In this document: piece after piece, positions 51,401-64,000 of the stretch
Position numbering within the stretch: the first letter of the stretch is position 1
Layout: every line of letters starts with the position of its first letter
Origin: Carcharhinus amblyrhynchos
Lineage: Eukaryota
Assembly (NCBI GenBank): GCA_965287045.1
Contig: OZ336884.1
Location: 68,696,001-68,760,000, forward strand
Direction of reading: 5' to 3'
DNA: 64,000 bases
Position numbers and translations under genes: made by a program
The notes under the pieces: generated by a model
Told to the model about the DNA's origin: nothing
Databases searched by the model: none
What the model saw: the letters and a program-made list of their open reading frames with translations, nothing else

Positions 51401-52272
51401 CTGATGATCTAGGACTAGATGGGAATGTGAGTTGTGAGGAAGATGTTAAGAGGCTTCAAGGAGATTTAGACTATTAAATGGGTAAGAACATGCCAGATGA
51501 AATAGTGAAGATATCCACTATGGTAGGAAAAATGAAAATGCAAGAATATTTCTTAAATGGGGTGATATTGGGAAGTGTTGAAGTCCAAAAGGACCAGGGT
51601 ATCCTTTTCAAGATTCACTGAAAGCAGGCTGAAGGTGCAGCTAACAATTAGGATGGCAAGTGTGAATTTGCCCTTTGTTTGCAAGAGGATTTGAGGATTA
51701 AAGATGCCTTGCTGCAGTTATATAGAGTCTTAGTGAGACTACATCTGGAGTATGTACAGTTTACCCTTTACTTGAAGTAGAATATTCTTGTCATTGAGGG
51801 AGTCCAACGAAGGTTTATCAGACTGATTCCTAGGATGGGGAGGTTGTCCTATAATTAGCAACTGAGGAGAAAGAACCTATATTTAGATTTTAGAAGAATG
51901 AGGGGTGATCTTATTGAAACATGTAAAATTTTAACAGGACTTGACAAGGTAGATGCAGGAAAGATGATTCCCTTGGTTGGGGAAGGCACATAGTGTCAGA
52001 ATAAAGGGTAGGCCATTTAGGGCTGAGATGAAGAAGAATTTCTTCACTCAACAGGTGGTGAATCTTCTGAATTATTTACCCAAGGACTGGAAGTTCAGTT
52101 ATTGAGTACATTCAGGGCGGACGGACAGATTTTGCCATATTAAATAGATCAAGGGATACGGGATAGTGTAGAAAATGATATTTGAAGTAGAAGATCAGCC
52201 ATGATCTGATTGATGGTGCAGCAGGCATGATAGGCCAGATGGCCTGTTCCTGCACCTATTTCCCATGTTCCT
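48500..52272 (+). mobile_element. Fragmented CR1 (endonuclease to 3' end) interrupted by CR1 and Penelope pieces
   Basis: APE-region homology at 48580-49340, RT homology at 50690-52100 and a 3' UTR to ~52270. A nested - strand CR1 lies at 49355-49875. Confidence 0.7.
49876..50570 (+). mobile_element. Penelope-like element 3' part (GIY-YIG C-terminus plus pLTR), second PLE family
   Basis: Translates across frameshifts as HLRSVRNQDPDF..ACHFNT..LHLIFRFGTLQPSGLNIKFNSF. Ends in the AGACCTGCTGAG/TTCCAGC pLTR motif seen as short repeats elsewhere. Confidence 0.7.
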
Positions 52273-52502
52273 ATGAATATTATACCGAGTGTTAAAAAGA
52301 ATTTCACCCTCTTTATGACATTCCCAAGGAGATTCACCAAATTGATATTGAGATGTTTTTGCTTTGTGGAAAGATTAGAGAAACTAGACCGATTTTTGGC
52401 TTGAACAGCAGAGATTAAAATGAGATCCAACGACATTACTCAAAAGTATGAGATTGGACTGCTGAAACAGTGCAGAATGAAAGTTGTTTCTGGAAGGCTG
52501 GC

Positions 52503-55330
52503 TGTTGTACATGTAATACATGTATATAATGTATGTTGGGATTTGGGGTGCATACTGCCCCTTTTTCAGACCATGGGTCAGGTAACCCTGGGGGGATTAG
52601 CTCCTCCCAATGTGGGACCTGGTAAAGAAAGGAACTGAAACCTGGCAATCCTGCAAAGAACGATCATTGCTTTGTTTGAACAGTCTGTTCAGGGAGAAGG
52701 TAGTATTTGCCTGGGAGCAGGCTGAAAACATCACAGGATACGACCACAGAGGGGACTTGGGCTGTAGGCGGCTACCGGTGATAGTGGGAGGTGGCTTTCA
52801 GCCTAAACTTATTTGGCAGGAAAATGTCCCACTGCCAGCATAATAAAATGGCACCTGTAGGCTCCTTTGACAAAGACTCAGAGAGCTGGTTACCTTATAA
52901 AGAGTGCTTCAGTGCTTATCTGACCGCCAATAATGTGGGCGATGACCTGGTTGTACCAGTTTTCTGAAGTTACCTTTGCTGCTTTAAGAAAAACTAGCTG
53001 AGAAGACTAACAAGAATTGTGCAATGCGTTAAAAGATCAGTTTGCTACTAAGCCATTGATAATTGCAGAGCACTTTAGATTTTTTAAGTGAGACTAAATT
53101 GTGGCAACTCTGAAGAGATTGGCAGAGCCTTCCAAGTTCAGAAATGTACTCTAGGATGCCTAATAGGACCAACTTGTTTGTGGCCTCCAGTGTGAAGCCA
53201 TCCAACAGAAGGTATTGGCTGAGAAGAATTTATAGTTGAAGTCCACATTGGGAGATTGTAACGTCCATGAAGTTAGCCGCGAGAGAAGCAGCACAGTTGG
53301 GTGATGGCGCCTGGGAGCACAAGGGAGCAGAAGCCGTGCAGAGTTAGGCGCTGCCAGTTGAATGCTACTGCTGCAGGGAGTCGAATTGCTGGACCTGAGA
53401 GGCCCAATGTCATAAGTGCAAGTGAGTTGGTCACATTGCCCAGAAGTGCCAAGTGCAACTAAGCCCAGAGAGAGGAGCTTTTAGAAAGGCAAAACAAAAG
53501 GTCCATGTTGCCAGCCATGGAGAAGATGGGGAGTCAGGTTGATCTGCAGGGGAAGCAGCCAGTCCAGAGAAATAAGAGTTCAGGCTGAGCATTCTGTCAG
53601 TGGAGGATGAGGCTGATCATTTCTGGGTTCTTCCTGACCTGGAAGGGAAAAACACATGTTATGGTAATCCTGCACATCAGTCCCTCAACATGAGTACATA
53701 ACCCTTGAGGGGTTCTGCATGTTCACAATGTGACTGTGGCAAACTTTAATGGCAGGGCTTTTAACTTTTCCCTGTATACTGATTTGGGTATCAAGGACAC
53801 CATCGTCCCATTTTCAATTTACATTTTCATGGTTTTTCTCTGCATCACCACCAGGCAGGCCTCCTCGCATTCCTTGGTCCAATTCCACAGCTGCCCGCTC
53901 ACTCACCGTAACCCTTGATTCCTTTACTGTTCAAAAATTTATCTACCTTTGCCTTAAAAACCTTCAATGAGGTAGCCTCAACTGCTTTACTGGGCAGGGA
54001 ATTCCACATATTCACAACCCTTTGTGTGAAGAAGTTCCTCCTCAACTCAGTCCTAAATCTGCTCCTCCTTACTTTAAGACCATGCCCCCTAGTTCTAGTT
54101 TCACCTGCCAGTGGAAACAACTTCCCTGCTTCTATCTTATCTATTCCTTTCATAATCTTATATGTTTCTATAAGATCTCCCCTCACTCTTCTGAATTCCA
54201 ATGAGTACAGTCCCAGTCTACTCAGTCTCTCCTCATAAGCCAAGCCTCTCAACTCTGGAATCAACCTAGTGAATCTCCTCTGCATCCGCTCCAGTGGCGG
54301 TATATCCTTTCACAAATAAGGAAACCAAAACTGTACACAGTACTCCAGGTGTAGTCTCACCAGCACCTTATAAAGCTGCAACATAACCTCGTGTTTTTAA
54401 ACTCCATCTAGCAATGAAGGAGAACATTCCATTTGCCTTCTTAATTACCTGCAAAACAACTTTTTGTGATTCATGCGCAAGAACACCCAAGTCCCTCTGC
54501 ACAGCAGCATGTTGCAACTTTTCTTACCATTTAAGTAATTGCCCGTTTTGTTGTTGTTCCTACCAAAATGGATGACCTCACATTTACCAACATTGTGTTC
54601 CATTTGCCCATGTCTACTCACTTGACTCGGCGGTAGTGAATGCCCACTGCAAGTGGAAATTGTGGCTATGAGGTCCATGTCCATGGTGTCAATGATAGAC
54701 AAACTCAAGTAAATACTTGCCCAGTTTGGCAATCCAGAACAAGTGGGTAGTGACAGTAGATCCCAGTTTGTAACACAAGAATGCTGAGTCCATAGAGCAC
54801 CACAGAATCAGACATGTGGTCAGCATAGTATCACCTGGCAATGAATGATCTGGCAGAACAATTTATTCAGACCTTGAGACAGTCTCTGAAATTGTCACAA
54901 GGGGAGGGATTGTTAGGGCAGTGAATAAATACATTTCTGAGAATGTACCATGTACCATAGTGTGCCACATGTGATATCCCAGTGCTCGCTGGCCTTGTTG
55001 ATGTTCAACCAGAAATTGAGAACCATATTTGGCCTGTTGCGGTCAGAGGAGACCCGAGAGGTGGTTGTGCGGAACCAAGAGGGACAGATGGCCAGAAGAG
55101 CAGGAAGTGCAAAGTTGAGGACTTTTCAAAAAGGGGGGAGTTTGTTCTGGCCAGGAATTATATTTCTGGGAGAAGTGGATACCGGCTACCATTGTTGCAC
55201 AAACAGGACCCTTGTACTACCACAAACAAACCACAGATGAGCTGGTTTGGAGGAGACCTGCTAACCAGTTGGTCACAGCACCGCATCACAGATGGGAAGC
55301 CCCACAAACAGAGATCAACGGCAGAGTGAG
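52503..55330 (+). mobile_element. Decayed Gypsy/Ty3 LTR retrotransposon (gag to integrase remnants) with a nested CR1
   Basis: Gag-like start at 52849 (MAPVGSFDKDSESWLPYKECFSAYLTANNV) and integrase-like LAQFGNPEQVGSD at ~54715. A possible LTR starts TGTTG at ~52503 (weak). Confidence 0.65.
53870..54620 (-). mobile_element. CR1 3' fragment nested in the Gypsy remnant
   Basis: ORF 53899-54285 (QRRFTRLIPELRGLAYEERLSRLGLYSLE). Confidence 0.9.
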
Positions 55331-56225
55331 ATAGAGGTTTTGAAATTCTCACTCTAATGCTTAATGTTAATTTGGGTGCCTTGCTTGGTAATTCCTGCAA
55401 GCTAGTTCCCTTAGAGCAGACACTATTGAAGAAAATCCAGGGTGAGATTTTCTAGCCTCCCAACCGCATGTTTCCTGCTGGCGGACAGCGGCATGTTGTT
55501 TGCTAGTGGTGGGATTCTTTGGTCCCGCTACTGTCAATGGGAATTCCTGTTGATGTTGCCCCACGCCAGTGGGAAATCCATGGATGGGGGTGTGCTGCCA
55601 GTGGGACTGGAGAATCCTGTCAGCATGAGCAGCCAGAGAATTCTGGTCATAATCTTTTAACACCAGCCTGAGTGTGAGAAGCATGTTGAAAAGAAAAAGA
55701 CATGCATTCATATTCTAAAGCACAGCCCTTTGCAGCCAGTGAAGCACTGTTGAAATATTTTTGTTGTCATTTTGCTGCTTCCACTATTCAGAGGACATAG
55801 TCAAATTTGCTTTAAATGGCAATGCAGTGAGTAAGAGATCAGGAGTAGAAGTGAAGTCTGTTAAAAATAATTAGAACAAGTTGTTCTTGGAGCCACTCTG
55901 CAAGTACCTAGTGTGGAGCCTCACGAGATGGAAGTGTCATAAGATAGGCCTCGGACTTATGTGGAGTCAATTAATCAAATAATGGATGTTGTTTCTTCAG
56001 AAGGAACTCTTCAAAATGCAGATAATGAAAATACAACAAAACTTACTCCAATTTATAAATCAAAAAAGGGGTTTAATAAAGAAATATCATTACTCCAAAG
56101 TTGGGGCCTCGCTCTGGGCCACTCAAGCTCATGATGTGGAGAGGCCATTGTTGGACTGGGGTAAACACAGTAAAAAGTCTCACAACACCAGGTTAAAGTC
56201 CAACAGGTTTATTTGGTAGCAAACA

Positions 56226-56262
56226 CCACAAGCTTTCGGAGCGCAGTTCCTTCGTCAGGTGA
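56226..56262 (-). ncRNA. Minimal type I hammerhead ribozyme in the Penelope pLTR
   Basis: TCAC-CTGACGA-AGGAACTGCGCTCC-GAAA-GC-TT-GTGG: CUGANGA/GAAA core, palindromic AGCT stem III and stem I TCAC/GTGG. Confidence 0.75.
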
Positions 56263-58496
56263 ATGGGAGTTCTGTTCACTAACAGGGCATATAAAGACAC
56301 AAACTCAGTTTACAGAATAATGATTGTAATGCGAGTCTTTACAGCTAATGTGAGTGGAGAGAGTATTAAGCACAGGTTAAAGAGATGTGTATCGTCTCCG
56401 GACAGGACAATTAGTGAGACTTTGCAAGTCGTTGGGGTTACAAATAGTGTGACATGAACCCAAGATCCCAGTTGAGGCCGTCCTTATTTGTGAGGAACTT
56501 GGCCATCAGTCTCTGCTCAATGATTCTGCGCTGTTGTGTGTCGTGAAGGCCACTTTGGAGAACGCTTACCCGAAGTTCAGAGGCCAAATGCCCGTGACCA
56601 CTTAAGTGTTCCCCAACAGGAAGAGAACAATCTTGCCTGGTGATTGTCGAGCAGTGTCTGTTGTCATGGCGTCTGCATGGTCTCCCCAATGTACCATGCC
56701 ATGGGACATCCTTTCCTGCAGCGTATTAGACAGACAACGTTGGCTGAGTTGCAAGAGATTGTACCGTGTACCTGGTGGATGGTGTTCTCACATGAGATAA
56801 TAGCATCTGTGTTGATGACCTGGCATGTCTTGCAGAGGTTGCTGTGGCAGGGTTGTGTGGCGTTGTGGTCACTGTTCTCCCGAAGGCTAGGTAGTTTGCT
56901 GCGGACAATGGTCTGTTTGAGGTTGTGCGGTTGTTTGAAGGCAAGAAGTGAGGGTGTGGGGATGGCCCTTGCAAGATGTTCATCTTCATCAATGACATGT
57001 TGAAGGCTCTGGAGGGAGATGTCATAGCTTTGCCGCTCCGGGAAAGTACTGGACGACGAAGGGTACTCTGTCCATTGTGTCCTATGTTTGTCTTCTGAGG
57101 AGATTGGTGCAGTTCTTCGCTGTGGCGCGTCGGAACCGTCGATCGATGAGTCGAGCAACATATCCTGTTCTTATGAACGCATCTTTCAGCGTCTGGAGAT
57201 GTCTGTTACGATCCTCCTAACCGAGCAGATCCAGTGTATATGGAGGCTTGTCCATAAGGGATGGCTTCTTTAACGTGTTTAGGGTGGATACTGGAGAAGT
57301 GGAGCATTGTGATGTTATCCGTGGGCTTGCGGTACAGTGAAGTGCTGAGGTGACCATCCTTACTGGAAATGTGTGTGTCCAAGAATGCAACCGATTCTGA
57401 GAAGTAATCCATAGTGAGTCTGATGGTGGGATGGAACTTGTTGATGTCATCATATATTTGTTTCAATGATTGTTCACCATGAGTCCAAAGGACTCAATGT
57501 CATCAATGTATCTTTGTATAGCATCAGTTGAAGGTCCCGTACGGCAAAGAAATCTTGTTCAAACCTGTGCATGAAGATGTTGGTATATTGAGGTGCGAAT
57601 TTGGTCCCCATAGCTGTTCTGTGTGTCTGGATGAAGAACTGGTTGTTGAAGGTCCAGGACGAAGCGGATGAGTTGTAAAATTGCATCCGGACACTGACAG
57701 TTGTTGGCGTTGAGTCCGAGGCAGTTGCAGCAATGCCATCGTCATGGGGGATGCTAGTGTAGTGCCGAGACATCCATTGTGAGAAGGAGTGCACAACCTG
57801 AAACAGGCTTTTGTCTGCAGCAAACCACCCAGCCTTCAGGAGAACAGTGACCACAACACCACACAACCCTGCCACAGCAACCTCTGCCAGACATGCCGGA
57901 TCATCGACATGGATGCCATCATCTCATGTGAGAACACCATCCACCAGGTACACAGTATATACTCTTGCAACTCGGCCAACATTGTCTACTTGATACGCTG
58001 CAGGAAAGGATGTCCCGAGGCATGGTACATTGGGGAGACCATGCAGACGCTACAACAACGGATGAATGAACACTGATCAACAATCACCAGGCAACACTGT
58101 TCTCTTCCTGTTAGGGAACACTTCAGCGGTCACGGGCAATCAGCCTCTGATCTTACGGTAAGTGTTCTCCAAGGCGGCATTCACGACATACCACTGTGCA
58201 GAGTCACTGAGCAGAGACTGATAGCCAAGTTCGGCACACATGAGGATGGCCTCAACCGGGATCTTAGGTTCGTGTCACACTATCTGTAACCCCCACAATT
58301 TGCCTGGACTTGCAAAATCTCAGTAACTGTCCTGTCTGGAGATGGTACACATCTCTTTAACCTGTGCTTAATGCTCTCTCCACTCACATTGACTGTACCT
58401 TTAAGACTTGATTAGCTGTAAAGACTCGCATTCCAATCATTACTCTGTAAATTGAGTTTGTGTCTTTATATGCCCTGTTCGTGACAGGACTCCCAC

Positions 58497-58533
58497 TCAC
58501 CTGGCGAAGGAACAGCGCTTCGAAAGCTAGTGG
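58497..58533 (+). ncRNA. Hammerhead copy with a mutated core (CTGGCGA)
   Basis: TCAC-CTGGCGA-AGGAACAGCGCTTC-GAAAGCTA-GTGG. Confidence 0.6.
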
Positions 58534-59379
58534 TGTTTGCTAACAAATAAACCCGTTGGACTTTAACGTGGTGTTATGAGGCTTCTTACTGTGTCCACTC
58601 AAACTCCACATAATTCTGCACAGTTTCTTATTTATAATGAGTCAACTCATGAGCTGACTATATATCACTCTGTTATTCGTTCCATCAGTTACTGGGTCAA
58701 CTGACCCTTACATCTTGTTCCCATTGGTCACATTACATCCAATACAAAATTATCACTGGGTATATTCTAACAGATGTTCCCGAGCTGTAGTTCTCTCCAG
58801 AAATCACAGCAACAGTGGCAATAGCAAACCTTTTGCCTGTATGCAGTTGCAAGCATGCACACATGCGTATGTGCATGCACACCCATACACATTCACACAA
58901 ACATGCAGACATACATGATTGCACATGTTTGCCAGTTAGGTCCAATGTGAATATTCCATCTTCTGTGCTGGTTGAAACAAATTGCGTTCACAAACCATAG
59001 TGAGTTGAACCTGATCAGCTGCTCACAATGTTTTTCCAGCTTTGGCGCTTCTATGATCTTGGACACCATGGCACTTTCCACCTGTCTTACCTCTGCAGCC
59101 CTACAATCCCCAAAGGTCTGTGTGCTTTTCCAGCCTTCTAAGATCTCTGCATTGCTTCAATTCTGCCTCTTGCGTAACCCTGATTTTAATTGTTTAGCCA
59201 TTGGTGGCCGTGCTTTCAGCTGCCTAGGCCTTGACCTCAGGAATTCCCTTGCTAACCCTCTCCCCCCTGCTCCTTCTCTCCCTCTGTCTCTCCTCCTTTA
59301 AGTTATCCCTTAAAGCCTACCTCTTTGACCAAGCTTTGGCTCACCTGTTCTATTTCCTTATATGGCTTATTATCAAATG

Positions 59380-60282
59380 TTGATATAGATCAGTTGGAGA
59401 CTTGGGCGGAGAGATGGCAAATGGAGTTTAATCCAGACAAATGTGAGGTAATGCATTTTGGAAGGTCTAATACAGATAGGAAATATACAGTAAATGGAAG
59501 AAGAACCCTTAGGAGTATTGATAGGCAAAAGGATCTGGGTGTACAGGTACACAGGTCACTGAAAGTGGCAATGCAGGTGGAGAAGGTAGTCAAGAAGGCA
59601 TACGGCATGCTCACCTTCATCGGCCGGGGTACTGAGTTTAAAAGTTGGCAAGTCACATTGATGCTTTATGGAACCTTAGTTAGCCCGCACTTGGAATATA
59701 GTGTTCAATTCTGGTCACCACACTACCAGAAGGATGTGGAGGCTTTGGAAAGGGTACAGAAAAGATTTACCAGGATGTTGCCTGGTATGGAGGGCATTTG
59801 CTATGAGAAGAGGTTGGAGAAACTTGGTTTGTTCTCACTGGAGCAACAGAGGTTGAGGGGAGACCTGATAGAAGTCTATGAGATTATGAGAGGCATGGAC
59901 AGAGTGGATAGTCAGAAGCTTTTTCCCAGGGTAGAAGTGTCAATAACTAGGGGGCATAGGTTTAACGTGCGAGGGGCAAGTTTTAAAGGAGAAGTATAAG
60001 GCAGATTTTTTACACAGAGAGTAGTGGGTGCCTATAACTTGTTACCAAGGGAGGTAGTGAAAACAGATACAGTAGTGACTTTTGAGGGGCGTCTTGAAAA
60101 GTACATGAATGAAATGGGAATAGAGGGATAAGGTCCCCAGAAGTGTCGGGAGTGTTAGTTCAGTCAGGCAGCATAGTCGATGTAGGCTTGGAGGGCCAAA
60201 GGGCTTGTTCCTGTGCTGTAATTTTCTTTTGTTCTTTGTTCTTTTGTTCTTTGTTCTTTTGTTCTTTGTTCTTTTGTTCTTG
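59380..60282 (+). mobile_element. Young CR1 3' portion with an expanded (TTTTGTTCTTTGTTC)n tail
   Basis: ORF 59325-59999 is a CR1 RT C-terminus, and the tail repeats lie at 60227-60282. Confidence 0.92.
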
Positions 60283-62104
60283 TTCCTGCTCCTGTGAATT
60301 ACTTCTGTTCATCCTTGTTGGACATATTCTAGGAGATTTCTTCATTTGCCTTCTTGCCTCCAATTACCCCAGGCTTTTTTCCTCATTTAAAATATTTTAA
60401 TAACTGATTTTAAAAAATTGAAAGAAAACACAGCAAAAAATTTAAAGAAAACCCACCATTACTTACGCACTTCTAGTTTTCTCTCTAGGATTGATCGCAG
60501 CAGGAAATTAATTTTTAATTCTGGGCCACTCGAAGATAATCCTGGAGATCTTGCAATGATTCACAATGTTAAAAGTGATATATAAATGTTTGCTGTTTTT
60601 GGTTGTTTATCTTGAGAGTGCACTGATTTTGGGCTGTCTCTCCAGAATGCTGTCTACTCAAAGCAGGATTAATTCTGCTGCTTGGTCCTCACTGTACAAT
60701 TGTAGTTGAAGAAATTTTGCAAAGTACTTTGAAAAGTAATTATTTTGAGCTCTTCCTTTTAAGCAGCCAAAGAATTGAGTTTCCTTCAGCTTTTCTTTTT
60801 CAATCATGAGATTTTGGAAAGCACTTTCAGAAAAGTGTAATCACCTGAAACCCTGAGTGTCACTGCATGGTCTGAGGGTATTGAAAGAATTGAATTGTTT
60901 ATACAGCTGAGGCTATTCTATTTGGACTCGGATTGCAAAGCTATTATATTCTTTAAAGGAAAGGTTTCCAAGCGTACTTCTTTTGTACTGCATATCTTCA
61001 GAAACTTTAGCACACTCTAAAATCTACTGCCCATATCCAACCTTGCAAAAAGTCCTGTTTAGCTATCACCTCAATTCTCATGACATTGGGTCCTGGTTCG
61101 GCAATGTCCTGACTTTAAAAATTCTCCATGTATTTGAATCCCTACATGGTCTCTGTATCTTCTTAGCACCCTGCAACCTTCCTAGGTCTCTTCCAATTCT
61201 TGTCTCTTCTGTACACCCATATTCATCACTCATCATTGAGCTGTAGAGGCTCAGAGCTCTGCAATTCCTTCCCTGAGTCTCTCAGTCTGCAACTTTTGGC
61301 TTCCTGTCCTAATATCTCATTACGTGGTTTAGTATCAATATATTTCTGGCTAACGTACCTGTTAAGTGCCTTGAGACATTTTACCAAATTGAGGACGCTG
61401 TATGAATGTAATTTGCTGTATTACCTTGGATCTAATACATGGTCAGGAAATTCTGGGATTGGTGGAAGTATAAATGGGAAAATGGGGTTACAGTGTCACT
61501 GCTGATGCAGATCAAGTTGTTCTGATTTACGATTGAACCCAATGAGGCAACAACACTTAAAAACAGCCCTTTTCAAACTTGAAAATCCACAGGATGATAT
61601 TCACTACATGATCCCCAGGAACTGGGGGGGTGCAAATCTCTCCATTAGGCTATTTGAACAATACCGATGAAGGAGCAGCGCTCCAAAAACTCATGCTACC
61701 AAATAAACCTTTTGGACTTTAACCTGGTGTGTGAGACTTCTTACTGAGCAGAGGCAGGCAACAATTTAAATTAAGGGCTCCATAAAGGCCATGGGAGTCA
61801 CCTATGGTCCTTGGGCTATACAAGCTGCATTACTCATTAAAGGACCCCTGCCCTAAAGTAGGAATGAAATAATGAATTCTGTCACTAGATGCAACTTCCT
61901 AGGTCAGCAAAGGGATGGGAGATGTAAGATGCCCCCCAGCATCAAAGCTGTCCCCGTGACCCCAACACCAACACTGGTGTGGTTGCTTCTCTGATTATTG
62001 CAGCCTACCTGCTTGGCCCGGGCAGAGAGAAGAATTCTCTGCCTGCCCCATGAGGATGTCTCAAAATGAAGGTACCTTCTTGTTCTACTTTCAATCTTGT
62101 ATGT

Positions 62105-62680
62105 AGTAAGAGCAGAAGTAGGCTACTTTGCCCCTCGAGTCTGTTTTGCCATTCCATCAGATCGTGACTGATGTGTTATGTTGAGTTCCACATCCTCTAT
62201 CAAACCCTGATAACTTTTGATTCGCTTGTCCAACATACAACCTAACTGTTTTAAAAATATTCTGTGACCCTTCTTTCAATCCCCTCTGAGACAAGAGCTC
62301 CAAAGTCACGGGGACAGCTTTGATGCTGGGGGGCATCTTACATCTCCCACCCCCTTGCTGACCCAGGAAGTTGCATCTAGTGACAGAATTCATTATTTCA
62401 TTCCTACTTTAGGGCAGGGGTCCTAGAAAAAAGTTCTCTTCATCTCCCCCCTATAGGGGTGACCCCTAATTTTAAAACTACGCCTCCTAGTTTTGGAGTC
62501 ATCCACAAGAGAGAACATAATTTCTGCATCTATCTAGTCAATACCATGCAGAGTCATCTCTCACTCTTCTGAAATGCCAGCCTATCCTCATAAAACAACC
62601 TGCTTATTCTGGGTATCTATCTTGTAGACCTCTGGTGAACCACCTCCTTACTTCCTTCCTTAAATAAGGAGATCAAACTC
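62105..62680 (-). mobile_element. Old CR1 3' fragment carrying a 120-bp inverted local insertion
   Basis: CR1 3' UTR/ORF-end homology lies on both sides of 62305-62424. Confidence 0.65.
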
Positions 62681-64000
62681 CACAGTGGTTGCTGCTGACG
62701 CTGGAGAGCTATTAGCCCTGTGATTGGACTGGCAGCATTACTTTGGCATCCTTAGAAGTTACCTATGGTCCTTGGGCTATACAGTCTGCACTACTCATTA
62801 TAGGACCCCTCCGCTAAAGTAGGAATGAAATAATGAATTCTGTCAGCTTTATATTCATGACTACCCCCAAGACCGTGTATACAGAGCTAATTCCTGATTT
62901 ATCTAATAACGTGAGATGTTGAAATAAAGTACTGTTGAGTTTAATGCTTCTGTAGTAGAGACAAAACGATCAAGTTCCTCATGCCAATTGCCTGCATTAA
63001 TGGATGGACAGATCATCCATCAGAATAAAGGAGCTGGATTATGTAGGGTAAAGATATTGGGCAACTGGCCATGATCAGAAATACAAAGAGCACAATGGCT
63101 GACCAGATGCAGCTGTCCAATATAAATCCTTCCTGTTGAGCCCTGAGCAACAGCAGGCATTGTTTGTGAATGCAATAAGTAACTGTCAGCTGTTTTGACA
63201 GGGCAGTTTGGATCACTACAACTTCAAGTTAAATCTTGACAATTTGGCAAGTGGGATTAGCTCAGGGGTTTTAACAAAAAAGGGCGGCATGGACAAGTTG
63301 GGCCAAAGGGCCTGTTTCCATGCTGTAAACCTCAATGACTCTTCTCATCCAGCTGAAACTGCAGGAAATAGAAGCACTCTTGTAAGTTTTGTTTTTCATA
63401 AAAGCAGCAGTTTTCTTCATGCTATGGTAGGCAATGATTGGGCCAAAGCACTGTCTGTGATTCCACATTTCTAATTTTATTGTCTCCCCTTAAGGTCAGG
63501 AAACAAGTTGAGTCACAAAAATAAAATTTCTGCCTCTTCCCTGATATGACTGACAGAATGTGGTTCAAAGTTGCAGAGGAGCTGGAGGTTAAGAGATGGC
63601 CCAAGGACATCGCAAAGCCAATGCAGTACTTTTTTGAAGTTGTAATGTAGGAAACATGGCATCCAGTTTGCACACAGCAAGCTCCCATAAACAACAACCT
63701 GCTGGCAACTGTTGGTTAAGGGACAAATTTTGATTTGATCTTCTTTTGACACCACTTTCCAAACCCATGACCCCTACCACCTAGAAAGTCACGGACCAGC
63801 AACACTTGTAAGCTCCCTCCTCAAGCCACTCACCATTCTGACTTCAAAAGATGTTACAGTTCCTTCGCTGTATCTGGGTCAAGATCCTGGAACTCCCTCT
63901 CTAACAGCACTGCAGATGTACTGATAACACATGGACTACAGTGGTCCAAGAAGGTTGCTCATCACCTTCTGAAGGACAATTGGGGATGAACAATAATGCT

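Larger units (their letters stand above)
56131..58594 (-). mobile_element. Penelope-like element: - strand RT plus GIY-YIG body (56131-~57790) and an inverted + strand GIY-YIG/pLTR copy (57791-58594)
   Basis: RT motifs AMGTKFAPQY and LYRKPTD. GIY-YIG motifs NIVYLIRCRKGCPEAWYIGET. 12-bp TSD CCACTCAAGCTC (56119-56130) and CCACTCAAACTC (58595-58606). Confidence 0.92.

Noticed and set aside
60160-60400. Repeat-containing ORFs (EQKNK / FFCSL)
   Set aside because: They are translations of the CR1 tail microsatellite.
60470-60560. Acceptor-like TTTCTCTCTAG followed by IDRSRKLIF, as the next DGK exon
   Set aside because: It does not match the expected V/IITPxRxLxLCAxNRKEMEDW peptide. Acceptor-like sites near 31938 and 33169 fail the same test.
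1-64000. CRISPR arrays, tRNA genes or prokaryotic systems
   Set aside because: There are no regularly spaced repeats, the tRNA-like segments are SINE heads, and the sequence is eukaryotic intron.

Overview
Vertebrate genomic DNA, almost certainly from a cartilaginous fish (shark), judged by HE1/V-SINEs, HER1/CR1 LINEs and DeuSINE-like repeats. The window is almost all intron of a + strand type II diacylglycerol kinase gene (DGKH most likely; DGKD/DGKK not excluded). Only one 81-bp PH-domain exon is visible (16955-17035). The rest is nested transposable elements: CR1, Rex1/Babar, a second LINE family, Penelope with hammerhead motifs, a hAT/Charlie DNA transposon, a Gypsy remnant, several V-SINEs and a U2-headed retrocopy. 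The stand-out is a ~1.49-kb cassette at 42983-44467 (- strand) inside a Rex1 LINE. It is 100 nt of 28S rDNA, then a 1363-bp apparently non-coding element sitting exactly at the R2 target site, then 22 nt of 28S rDNA. Its 5' half holds three tandem diverged HDV-like ribozyme folds with compensatory base changes, and only the first keeps the catalytic C. It looks like a non-autonomous R2-dependent element captured outside the rDNA locus. Family names come from remembered motifs, not database searches. TE boundaries are approximate unless a TSD or TIR is cited.
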